Source: Thermodesulfobium acidiphilum
GTDB taxonomy: Bacteria > Thermodesulfobiota > Thermodesulfobiia > Thermodesulfobiales > Thermodesulfobiaceae
DNA: 64,000 nucleotides
Direction: 5' to 3'
NCBI RefSeq assembly: GCF_003057965.1
Contig: NZ_CP020921.1
Coordinates: forward strand, 1,476,916 to 1,540,915
Part shown: positions 19,974 through 29,438 of the stretch, one piece after another
How positions within the stretch are numbered: the first letter of the stretch is position 1
How the letters are laid out: each line of letters starts with the position of its first letter
The notes under the pieces: model-generated
Databases searched by the model: none
Told to the model about the DNA's origin: nothing
What the model saw: the letters and a program-made list of their open reading frames with translations, nothing else
Made by a program: the position numbers and the translations under genes

Positions 19974-21371
19974 TTAATCCTCCCTCATTATGTCAATCAA
20001 CTCTTGCCTATTTGACACATTACACTTCCTGAATATATTCCTCATATGGGTCTTAAAAGTATTTTCAGAAATATGCATAGTTTCAGCAATATATCTGCCA
20101 TTCCTACCCATTAAAATATACTTAACAATTTCCTTTTCTCTAGGAGTGAAGGCAAAAGAATCAAACTTTTTTTCAAAAATAGTTTCAAATTTAGAATCCT
20201 TTACTACAACTACAGATTTCTTTTTCTTAAAAAAAGGAAAGGGTTCATAATAATCAGCTTTTACCAGAGCAAACAAAAGAGCCAGAATAATACCAGCAGT
20301 ATAAGATAATAAACTAACCAGTTCAAAATTTTGCGGAATTCGATGAATGAAAAAATATAATATATCACCAATAAAAACGGAGCCAGTGATTATAAAATAT
20401 CCAAAAGATAAAACTCTAATATCATATCCTCTTTGGATAGAAAGGGATAAAGTTAAAGCTAAAGAATAAAAATCAAAGATTGCAAATCCAATCTGAAAAA
20501 GAGAGAAAATTATAAACAAAAATGGATTTTCAAAATAAATTGGGAACAAAAAAAAAGCAACAATTAATATGGCCAGTGATGGCCTATAAAGACTGGAAAT
20601 TTCAAGTTTCTTGAAGTAGATGAAAAGAGGCAAAACCAGAGTACCAATGCAATAAGCTATGTTCGACAAAAAATAGTTGTTGTTAGTAGAAAAATTTAAA
20701 AGAAAATTATAAACTGCTCCGCCACAAAAATAAAACCCAAGGAAAACAAAAATAATTTTTTTAGGAAAAATTCCAAAATCAAATTTACTAAATTTCTTTT
20801 GAAAATGTAAATCAAAATTAATTTTAAATAAAACAGACATTAACAAGGGTAACAAACAAAAAATTAAATATGAAAAGTTATTGTTTATTATATTTAGTAA
20901 AAACATAACACTTGTAGCAAAAAGAGTAGAAAGAGCAAAAATAACGGACCAAAAAACAAAATTTTCTCTAAAAAACATTGAAAGCGTTAAAATAAATAAA
21001 TAACTAAAGAAAATAGAACAAAGTGAAATTAATAAAATAGGTAAGATAATATTATTAGAAATACAATTCCCAAAAAATAGTCCCAATAAGAAAACTGAAA
21101 AAAGAATTGACAATATTTTAATAAAAGGATTAATAATCTCAATAAATCTTTTATTATTAAATAACTTAACCATAATAAAAAAGGTTAAAGCCTGAACAAG
21201 CAAAAAAGTTCTAAACAAAATAGCACAAGATATGTGCCACCGCTCAGCCACCACATACAAAAATGGCCCATCAAGAAAGAATAGCCATAGGTAGATAAAT
21301 AATAAACCTAAGGATAAAAGAAAAAAAAATCTCTCCCTCGTCAAATAAGACAAATAATACCTGAAGAACAA
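19974..21371 (-). CDS. Multi-pass membrane protein with a C-terminal LuxR-type HTH (one-component regulator)
   Basis: About 12 hydrophobic segments, then FTPREKEIV..I..GR...YIAE.M.ISENT.KTH.RNIF.K..V.NRQEL. Confidence 0.9.
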   Translation of the reverse strand: MFFRYYLSYLTRERFFFLLSLGLLFIYLWLFFLDGPFLYVVAERWHISCAILFRTFLLVQALTFFIMVKLFNNKRFIEIINPFIKILSILFSVFLLGLFFGNCISNNIILPILLISLCSIFFSYLFILTLSMFFRENFVFWSVIFALSTLFATSVMFLLNIINNNFSYLIFCLLPLLMSVLFKINFDLHFQKKFSKFDFGIFPKKIIFVFLGFYFCGGAVYNFLLNFSTNNNYFLSNIAYCIGTLVLPLFIYFKKLEISSLYRPSLAILIVAFFLFPIYFENPFLFIIFSLFQIGFAIFDFYSLALTLSLSIQRGYDIRVLSFGYFIITGSVFIGDILYFFIHRIPQNFELVSLLSYTAGIILALLFALVKADYYEPFPFFKKKKSVVVVKDSKFETIFEKKFDSFAFTPREKEIVKYILMGRNGRYIAETMHISENTFKTHMRNIFRKCNVSNRQELIDIMRED

Positions 21372-21455
21372 CTAAATAACCCCTTTTGAGTGATATACAA
21401 AAGCTTTTTTACATTATAACATCATAATAAAAATAAAATTTTAGAGGGGGCAAAA

Positions 21456-21656
21456 ATGAAAAAATTAGCTAAAAAACAAAATAAAATAAAGTGGTCAGAT
21501 GATGTTGGTATTCCAAAGTGTTTTATTTTTCCAGAAACAGAAAATCTTAGCTACAAAACAAAAAAGGGATTAAAGTTGGAGTTTCTAATATCTTTAGAAG
21601 ATTTAAAAGTTCACAATGCCCTGGCTATAGGAAGAAATTCACTAAGAATGGTATAA
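21456..21656 (+). CDS. Small hypothetical protein (possible gene remnant)
   Basis: 66-aa ORF with a GAGGGGG RBS, divergent from the LuxR regulator; no recognisable family. Confidence 0.4.
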   Translation: MKKLAKKQNKIKWSDDVGIPKCFIFPETENLSYKTKKGLKLEFLISLEDLKVHNALAIGRNSLRMV

Positions 21657-21685
21657 TATAAAAAAACAAAAATTAAGAGGTATCT

Positions 21686-22675
21686 TTGAAGAACAAAAGA
21701 ACAATTGTTACTTTCTCAATAGTATTGATAGCAGCAATATTGATATACTGGTTTGTAATAAGAAGGGAACCGCCGAATAACTTTATTGAAGTTTCTGGAA
21801 ATATTGAAGCAGACCAATACAACGTCTCTTTTCAAATCTACGGCACTTTATCTTCTTTAATGGTACATGAAGGAGATAAAGTAAAAAAGGGCGAATTACT
21901 TGCTATCCTTTCAAGAAAAGATCTTGAAGATTCTTTACAAGCAGCCATACACAATATGAACAAGGCAAAAGCTTTATACGATCAATATCTTTCTGGATAC
22001 AGGGCCCAAGACATAAAGATGGCTGAAGCCGATAGAGATGCTAAATTTGCACAGTTTGAAAAGGCAAAAAGCGACTATATTAGATATGAAAAATTATACA
22101 AAGAGGATGCTATTCCAGCTTCAAGCTTTGACAATATTAAAAGCATTTATCTTTCTTCCAAAGAGGCATTAAAAGCAAGTGAACAAAGACTTAAAGAATT
22201 GCAATCAGGCTATAGACAAGAAGAAGTTGAATCTTCTAAAGAAGCATACAAAGAAAGCGTCGCTAAAGTAGAGCAAGCAAAAACAATCTTAGGATATACC
22301 AGGATTTACTCACCTATTGACGGCGTTGTGTATTCTAAAGATTCAGAAGTAGGAGAATTCGTTTCATCAGGTACTCCTGTGTTAACTCTTTACGATTTGA
22401 ATAGCACATATGTAAAGGTGTACGTAAGTGAAAAGGATATTGGCTTTGTTAAATTAAACGCACCATGTACTATAAAGGTTGACTCTTTCCCGGATAAAAA
22501 TTTTAGCGGATATGTAGAAGCAATATCAGACAAAGCAGAATATACTCCTAAATTTATTCAGACTAAAGAGGAAAGAGTCAAATATATGTTCTGGGTTAAG
22601 GTAAAAATCAATAACCCTGAAGGTATTTTAAAACCTGGAATGCCAGCAGATGTTTATATAGAAAAAGCCCAATGA
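21686..22675 (+). CDS. HlyD/YbhG-like membrane fusion protein
   Basis: N-terminal TM, VHEGDKVKKG, SPIDGVV, AEYTPK..QT.EER and LKPGMPADV. Confidence 0.93.
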   Translation: MKNKRTIVTFSIVLIAAILIYWFVIRREPPNNFIEVSGNIEADQYNVSFQIYGTLSSLMVHEGDKVKKGELLAILSRKDLEDSLQAAIHNMNKAKALYDQYLSGYRAQDIKMAEADRDAKFAQFEKAKSDYIRYEKLYKEDAIPASSFDNIKSIYLSSKEALKASEQRLKELQSGYRQEEVESSKEAYKESVAKVEQAKTILGYTRIYSPIDGVVYSKDSEVGEFVSSGTPVLTLYDLNSTYVKVYVSEKDIGFVKLNAPCTIKVDSFPDKNFSGYVEAISDKAEYTPKFIQTKEERVKYMFWVKVKINNPEGILKPGMPADVYIEKAQ

Positions 22676-23568
22676 TCTCAATCGTTAACATAAGTAAAAC
22701 CTTTTACAAAAAGAAGGTATTAGATAATATAAATCTTGAGCTAGACAAGGGAGAGATTTTAACTATCCTAGGACCTGATGGATCAGGGAAAACTACCTTA
22801 ATAAAAATTATTATCGGATTGTTTCGCCCAGATTCAGGAGAAATATTTATAAATAACATAAACATTACGAAAGATATATCTTCAACAAGGGAATTAATAG
22901 GATATAAGGCACAAGAATTTTCATTATATCAAGATCTTACTGTCAGTGAAAATATTAGATTTTTCGGAAATCTTTACTCTTTATCTGGGAAAGAGCTCGA
23001 TGAAAGAGAAAATTTTATACTTGAATTTATAGGCTTGAAAAGTTTTAAAAACAGGTTTGCTGAAACACTTTCTGGAGGAATGAAAACTAGACTTGCCATT
23101 GGTTGTGCTTTAATACACAATCCATCAGTACTTCTATTAGACGAACCAAACGTAGGCGTGGATCCTGCCTCAAGAAAAAGTGTTTGGAAACTCTTAAGAG
23201 AACTTACCAATTCAGGTAAAACAATTATAGTAACTACGCCTTATTTCCTTGAAGGAGAACTGTCAGACAAAGTAGTATTTATTAAAGAAGGTAAAACAGT
23301 TTTATTTGGGAAGCCAAAAGAACTTATTGAAAATCTTGATTTTATAGTATACAAAGTAGAAGGAGAAAATTTACAAAACGTTTATTTCGATTTAAAGAAA
23401 AAAGAACTTGAATTTAAATACTGGTTAAAAAATGAGCACATAAGGGTATTGCTACCCAAAACTGAAAAATTAAGTAAAATTTTTGACAAAATTCATATTA
23501 ATAATAATAAAACAGTAAGAGTAGATAAACCTGACCTGGAGGATATATATTTATGGCATTCGACGTAG
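22672..23568 (+). CDS. ABC exporter ATP-binding protein (like the N-terminal half of YbhF)
   Basis: GPDGSGKT, LSGGMK, LLLDEP.VGVDP and TTPY. Confidence 0.92.
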   Translation: MISIVNISKTFYKKKVLDNINLELDKGEILTILGPDGSGKTTLIKIIIGLFRPDSGEIFINNINITKDISSTRELIGYKAQEFSLYQDLTVSENIRFFGNLYSLSGKELDERENFILEFIGLKSFKNRFAETLSGGMKTRLAIGCALIHNPSVLLLDEPNVGVDPASRKSVWKLLRELTNSGKTIIVTTPYFLEGELSDKVVFIKEGKTVLFGKPKELIENLDFIVYKVEGENLQNVYFDLKKKELEFKYWLKNEHIRVLLPKTEKLSKIFDKIHINNNKTVRVDKPDLEDIYLWHST

Positions 23569-24290
23569 AAAACGTAATTGAGGTTGAAAATTTAACAAAA
23601 AAATTTGGAAATTTCATCGCAGTTGATAATATCAGTTTTTCTATAAAAAAAGGCACAGTATTTGGTTTCTTGGGTCCAAATGGAGCTGGCAAAACCACGA
23701 CTATAAAGCTTATCCTTGGGTTAATAAACAAGACAAGTGGGAAAATAAAAATTTTCGGAGAAGATATAGAAAAATTTTCAAAAGAAAGATTGGGCTATAT
23801 GTCCCAAAAATTCTCTTTATACCACGATCTAAAGGTTTTTGAAAACATGATTTTTTACGGTTCTATTTATGGCTATTCTCGAAAAGATTTAGAGAAAAGA
23901 ATAGATTTTTTGCTAGAACAATATCATCTTAAAGAAGTAAAAAATACTATGGTAAGGGATATTGGTGGGCTAAGACAAAGGGTTGCATTTTGTACAGCTA
24001 TTTTACATAACCCAGATATTTTAGTTCTTGATGAACCAACAAGCGGCGTTGATCCTGATGCCAGAATAAACTTTTGGGACGCTATTTATAGCTATGCGAG
24101 AGAGGGAAAAACTGTACTCGTTACAACACATTATATGGATGAAGCTGAATTTTGTAATCAAATAGGTTTTATTATCTCAGGAAAATTAAAATTTGTTGGA
24201 ACTCCAAACTCTGCAAAAAAAATCTATTTTGAAAATTCCAATAAAGTTGGAAATCTTGAGGATGCATTTTTATGGTTTATGGAAAATTAG
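23553..24290 (+). CDS. ABC exporter ATP-binding protein (like the C-terminal half of YbhF)
   Basis: GPNGAGKTT, GYMSQKFSLY, LDEPTSGVDP and TTHYMDEAE. Confidence 0.93.
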   Translation: MAFDVENVIEVENLTKKFGNFIAVDNISFSIKKGTVFGFLGPNGAGKTTTIKLILGLINKTSGKIKIFGEDIEKFSKERLGYMSQKFSLYHDLKVFENMIFYGSIYGYSRKDLEKRIDFLLEQYHLKEVKNTMVRDIGGLRQRVAFCTAILHNPDILVLDEPTSGVDPDARINFWDAIYSYAREGKTVLVTTHYMDEAEFCNQIGFIISGKLKFVGTPNSAKKIYFENSNKVGNLEDAFLWFMEN

Positions 24291-24866
24291 TTAGATAAAA
24301 AAGTATCTTTTAACCCTTTTCTTATAAGATTCATATTTATAACCAAATCTTTTTGTAAGCTCTCTCTCTTCAAAAGGAATTATCAAAAAATTATTTATTA
24401 AAAAATCAAATATGCTCACAACAAGAGACATTGTTCCCCCACTAATAAGAAATACTCCAAAAAATAACAAGGAGTGCGAAAGATATGTTGGATGCCTCAT
24501 ATATTTATATATAAATCTCGTTTCTAAGTCGCCGGGATCCTCTAATACGAATTCATTTAAACCAAGAATTCTGCCCTTTAAGATTGACAAAGTTAAGAGT
24601 TGAAGAAAGGCTCCAGCAACAAATATAAAAAAACCAAATAGTTTTAAAGTAAATGAAGTCTGAATATACATATTTAATAAGCTTTGATTGTTGATCAAAA
24701 AATATAGATATGGAATATATAATGTATATATTAATATAAAAGTTAAAAATTTAATTTTTTTTGCAAAGCTGGTAAAAAAATGTACAAATAGCCAATACAT
24801 AGGAATTAGAGGCCAAACAAAAACCAAAAGATAGTTTAAAATGTTTAGATAAGGAAAACTAAACAT
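24291..24866 (-). CDS. Isoprenylcysteine carboxyl methyltransferase (ICMT/PEMT) family membrane protein
   Basis: IYKYMRHPTY and EEREL..RFG..Y..Y...V.R motifs. Confidence 0.88.
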   Translation of the reverse strand: MFSFPYLNILNYLLVFVWPLIPMYWLFVHFFTSFAKKIKFLTFILIYTLYIPYLYFLINNQSLLNMYIQTSFTLKLFGFFIFVAGAFLQLLTLSILKGRILGLNEFVLEDPGDLETRFIYKYMRHPTYLSHSLLFFGVFLISGGTMSLVVSIFDFLINNFLIIPFEERELTKRFGYKYESYKKRVKRYFFI

Positions 24867-25020
24867 ATTTGAATTTAATAAAAGATATATAATGTAAGTT
24901 CTGCATTAATTATATTATATATTAATATATATTAAAAGGGTTTCTATAATGAATTTTAAAATTATTATTTTTTCTCTGTATAATTAATTAATAAATATTA
25001 CTATCAGAGGAGGTGAAAAA

Positions 25021-26082
25021 GTGGACAACTTTCCAAAACTTACTTCTTTAGTACGCTGTGCTGGCTGAGCAGCAAAACTCAATCCAAAGGACCTAGGTGA
25101 GGTTCTAAAAGATTTACCGAAATTTGAACATCCGGGCCTTATTTTTAACTCCGATGGCCTTGATGACGCGGGAGCTTTAGTTATAAAAGACGATATAGCC
25201 ATCGTTCAATCTGTCGACTTTTTCCCTCCTGTGGTAAATAGCCCTGATTTATACGGCAAAATTGCAGCAGCCAATTCTCTTTCTGATTTATATGCAGTTG
25301 GTGCAAAACCCATTACTGCTCTAAATATTTTAGGATTTCCAAGATATGATATTGAACTAAACGTCATAAATGAAATACTCAGGGGTTCCCATGAAAAAGT
25401 AAAGGAAGCAGGAGCATTGATACTGGGGGGGCATAGCATGGACGATATAGAACTTAAATATGGTCTTAGTGTTACTGGAATTGCAAAAAAAGAAGAGCTA
25501 ATAACTCACAACAACGCCCAACCTGGAGATATAATAATCCTTACAAAACCTCTAGGCACAGGAATACTTACTTCTGCTCTAAAAATCGAACTTATTGACG
25601 AAATAGATATGCAAGATGCTCTAAATTCTATGCAAGAATTAAATTATTTTGCAGGTGAAGCACAAAAAAGATTTAAAGCGAGTTCTGGTACAGATGTTAC
25701 AGGTTTTGGGCTGATCGGTCATGCAATAAACATAGCAAAATCTAGTAATGTTATATTTGAAATATTTTCAAATTCTTTACCTATTTTCGAAAGAGTACTA
25801 GAGCTCGCAGATGAAGGAGTACTACCTGCAGGAATTTTTGCAAACATTGATTTCTACAAAGAAAATGTAGTTGAAATAGGAAAAATTCAAGAAAGTTATA
25901 GATATGTTATCTACGATCCGCAAACCTCTGGGGGTTTGCTTTCCACTTATAAACCAGATGTCGTAGATGATGCTTTAAGATTTCTAATTAATAATGGAGT
26001 AAACGCACGCATTATAGGCGTTGTTAAAAACAATACGGTCTTTAATCCTGGCACGATTGTTATTAAAGAAGGGTCTATTTAA
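25021..26082 (+). CDS. selD: Selenide, water dikinase (selenophosphate synthetase), a selenoprotein with Sec at codon 16 (TGA 25066-25068)
   Basis: AGGAGGTG RBS and GTG at 25021 give MDNFPKLTSLVRCAG-U-AAKL..., in frame with DDAG, QSVDFFPPVV, AAANSLSD.YA.G, TDVTGFGL.GH and DPQTSGGLL. Confidence 0.97.
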
Positions 26083-27218
26083 TGAAGGCTTCTCTCCAAA
26101 GGATATGGGCTGTATTTATCAAGGAATTTATTCAATTTTTTAGAGATAAAGTTACTTTTATCACTGCTATTTCAATTCCTTTGATACAACTTATTTTATA
26201 CGGCTATGCTATAAATACTGATGTAAAGCATCAATCTACAGTTGTATACGATCAATCAAGATCTGTAATGTCAAGAGATATATTATATAAATTTCAAAAT
26301 TCACAATATTTTGATATAAAGAAATTTGTAAATAGCTCTGATGCAGTTGGAAGGGCAATAGACAACGGACAAGCAAAGGTAGGTATCATCATCCCCCCTA
26401 AACTTGAGTCAAACATATTGGGCAATAAATCAAGTCAAATTTTAGTAATAATTGATGCGTCTGATCCTATGTCCTCAAGCTCTGCCCTTTCTGCGTCTCA
26501 AATGATAGGTTTGCTGGAAAATCAAGAAATATTAACAAAAAAACTTCAGCAAAATGGTATAATATTACCAAGCAAAACTCCTTTCGAAGTTGATGTCAGA
26601 GCCTGGTATAACCCGGATCTTTTATCTACTTATTTTTTGGTACCCGGTTTAATAGCTGTTTTAATCAGTTTATCAACTCTGGTTCTAACTGCTATGGCAA
26701 TTGTAAGAGAAAAGGAGAGGGGAACATACGAACAATTAATAATTACCCCTCTTAGGCCAATTGAGCTAACTATTGGAAAGGTAACTCCGTATGCCATTAT
26801 AGGATACGCACAAATGACTCTCGTAATAATAGCTGCTGTAGTACTTTTTAAACTTAACATAAAGGGAAACTTACTTTTGTTATATATCTTTGCATTACCT
26901 TTTATATTAGCCAATTTAAGCCTAGGATATATAATATCTACCCTTGCAAAAAACCAGCAACAAGCTCTTCAAATGTCCTTTTTTCTTATGGTGCCTATAT
27001 TTTTATTGAGCGGTTTTATGTTCCCTAGAGAAGCCATGCCAGGAATAGTATATTACTTAAGTTATATTGCTCCAGCTACATTCTTCTTAGTTATAGTAAG
27101 GGGTATCATTTTAAAGGGTTTAGGCTTTTACGAATTAGTAAAATGGGAAATTGGCTTAATAATATATATCATAATTGCTTTAAACATATCGAGGTTTTTA
27201 CTTAAAAGAAAATCATAG
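26082..27218 (+). CDS. ABC-2 type permease (YbhS/YbhR-like)
   Basis: KEFIQ..RD, WYNP.L, IVREKERGT.EQL..TP and LSGFMFP...MP. Confidence 0.93.
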   Translation: MKASLQRIWAVFIKEFIQFFRDKVTFITAISIPLIQLILYGYAINTDVKHQSTVVYDQSRSVMSRDILYKFQNSQYFDIKKFVNSSDAVGRAIDNGQAKVGIIIPPKLESNILGNKSSQILVIIDASDPMSSSSALSASQMIGLLENQEILTKKLQQNGIILPSKTPFEVDVRAWYNPDLLSTYFLVPGLIAVLISLSTLVLTAMAIVREKERGTYEQLIITPLRPIELTIGKVTPYAIIGYAQMTLVIIAAVVLFKLNIKGNLLLLYIFALPFILANLSLGYIISTLAKNQQQALQMSFFLMVPIFLLSGFMFPREAMPGIVYYLSYIAPATFFLVIVRGIILKGLGFYELVKWEIGLIIYIIIALNISRFLLKRKS

Positions 27219-27629
27219 CTAAACTATTAGTACTGGCACCTTTGCCCTTTCAATTAAAAACCTAGCTATAGAGTGATGCATAATTGATGCCTCAAAGCCA
27301 GATTTTCTCCCAATTACTATTAGATCAGCGTTAAATCTTTTTGCAATGTTATAAATTTCCATCGAAGGATTTTCTCCTTCTTGAAGCACAACTTCATCAA
27401 TAACGTCTTTATCCTTTATCTCATTCTTAAGTTCTTCTAACAACCCTTTGGCCTTTTCAAACCTCAACTCTTCTGCTTCAGGATTTAAATCGGCAACCTG
27501 TGTGGGCATTTCAATAACATGTAAGAGTATAATCTTAGAGCCACTTAACTCTGCTAATTCATAACCAATTTTTAATACATCATATCTCTTTGATGTCGAA
27601 TCAACCGCCAATAATATTTTTCTAAACAT
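27219..27629 (-). CDS. Universal stress protein
   Basis: MFRKILLAVD, ADLIVIG and PVLIV. Confidence 0.9.
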   Translation of the reverse strand: MFRKILLAVDSTSKRYDVLKIGYELAELSGSKIILLHVIEMPTQVADLNPEAEELRFEKAKGLLEELKNEIKDKDVIDEVVLQEGENPSMEIYNIAKRFNADLIVIGRKSGFEASIMHHSIARFLIERAKVPVLIV

Positions 27630-27651
27630 TACTCCTCCCAGTCAATCAGTC

Positions 27652-28620
27652 TTATATTACTGAAAAGCCTTTTAAAATACTCATCAAACCAGAAAGAGAA
27701 AGTAAAATAATTACTAACCACCTTACAATTCTAGGCTTAGTACGAGCAAGCAGTCTCACACCAACCTGAGAACCTAACATCATACCTACTACTGAAGGAA
27801 TCGCAATAATGGGTAACACTGCTCCATTGTTTAAGTATATCCATGCAGCAGATGTATCTGTAATAGACAATAAAAAATTACTCGAAGCTACTGATATCTT
27901 TAATGGGGCACCTAAAACTAAGTTAAAAACAGCTACATTAGCCCAACCAGCGCCTAACCCAAACATTCCTGCAATAAAACCAACCAGAAAAAATAGAAAA
28001 ATGCCGATGTGAGAATTCTGAATCTGCCAATTGATATTTCTCCTTTGGGTTATTTCATAGTAAACACCATGTATCCCAAGAATTTGAGCAATTTTATCGC
28101 GCTTTGTTATTTCTGGAAACTCAGATCTTTTTGAAGTGAGAAGAACAAAGCAGATGGCAAGAATAACTAAACCGAGAGCAATTCTAACTATATTTTGAGG
28201 CAAAGCAAGCCCTACCATGGCACCCATAACTGAAGAAATCGACGCAATTAGAGCCATTGGCATACAAAGTCTAAGAGAAGCAAGATTTCTCATCAAAAGT
28301 CCGGGACCAGCAGAAAGAGATCCAGCTAAAGCCACCATTAAACCTGCACCTCTTACGAAATCCATATGAAAAGGGAAAAACGTTCCAAGTATAGGAACAA
28401 AAAGTACACCCCCTCCAACACCTGCCAAAACAGCTATAATTCCTAAACCAAAACAAAACACAAATAATGACAGAGGCCATATCCACCATGGAATTTTTAA
28501 AGAGGTTTCTTCAGCAAGTATGATATCTTTTGCAGCAAAGGCGTGAGGTGATAAAAAAAATAAAGAAAAGAATAAAATAAGAAAAAAACCAAAAAAGATC
28601 GATTTTTTCGAAAAGGTCAC
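27652..28620 (-). CDS. TauE/SafE (TSUP) family sulfite exporter
   Basis: GVGGGVLFVP and GMFGLGAGWANV repeats. Confidence 0.9.
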   Translation of the reverse strand: MTFSKKSIFFGFFLILFFSLFFLSPHAFAAKDIILAEETSLKIPWWIWPLSLFVFCFGLGIIAVLAGVGGGVLFVPILGTFFPFHMDFVRGAGLMVALAGSLSAGPGLLMRNLASLRLCMPMALIASISSVMGAMVGLALPQNIVRIALGLVILAICFVLLTSKRSEFPEITKRDKIAQILGIHGVYYEITQRRNINWQIQNSHIGIFLFFLVGFIAGMFGLGAGWANVAVFNLVLGAPLKISVASSNFLLSITDTSAAWIYLNNGAVLPIIAIPSVVGMMLGSQVGVRLLARTKPRIVRWLVIILLSLSGLMSILKGFSVI

Positions 28621-28630
28621 AATATTCCTC

Positions 28631-29062
28631 CTATTCTACTTTAAGTAGTCCGCTAGCAGCCAAAATAAGAATGGATATCTCCATTAAAACTATAAAAACC
28701 ATTACAATTTCTTTCTTCTTAACATAAATTGGTAAAACAGATAAATAACACAAAATTGGCACGCATGCCAAAAAGGTGAGTGCTGCCTTTGCCATCATAT
28801 CTGACTTAGATATCAAACTCATCCATCCCCAACCAGTAGCTATTCCAAAACTTTCATTAAGAAACATAGAATTTCTCACCCACAAGTGTGGTAACCTCTC
28901 AAGAGGTATTACTGGCGAAATAAGCCCAGAAATGTAAATAAAAAAGGTAAATAAAATAGAAAAAAGACCAATTCTTGCAGACCATTTAAGAACTAAAGCA
29001 TATCTTTTTTGATCGATTGGCGTTTCAATATTTTTCTCTGAGCTCTTGATAGTTTTGTCCAT
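28631..29062 (-). CDS. DUF1634-like membrane protein (TauE partner)
   Basis: Q.RYA..L.W, P..PL..LP..W, TGWGW..L..D and LAASG.L motifs; adjacent to TauE. Confidence 0.75.
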   Translation of the reverse strand: MDKTIKSSEKNIETPIDQKRYALVLKWSARIGLFSILFTFFIYISGLISPVIPLERLPHLWVRNSMFLNESFGIATGWGWMSLISKSDMMAKAALTFLACVPILCYLSVLPIYVKKKEIVMVFIVLMEISILILAASGLLKVE

Positions 29063-29438
29063 TCTTACATCTCCCTTCAATTTTGATGTTCCCCCGTTAC
29101 AGGTAATGATATAACTAAAATTTGTACAGTAAAAACACTTACAAAATGTAATTCTTCTTTGCGATAATTATAACATATTTTTATTAAATTTATATATTTT
29201 AGTTATAACTTATCAAAAAAAATATAAATTTATGACATAAGGGATTTTACTTACTTCAGTACAATAATTTCCCCCATAAAAAATCCAACTTTCCCTAACT
29301 ATTTTTTTATATAAGTAGATTTTATCATTAATTAAAACAAAATTTATAAATAAGTGAGGGAGGTGAAAAAAATTAAAGAATTTTATTTAAAACTCTTGTT
29401 TAGTAAAAGCTATAAAAATTTTAAGGGAGGGAAATAAA

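Noticed and set aside
24984-25439. Minus-strand ORFs, and reading selD as a pseudogene or as starting at 25231
   Set aside because: The TGA is at the catalytic Cys/Sec position with a strong RBS upstream, so this is an intact selenoprotein gene.
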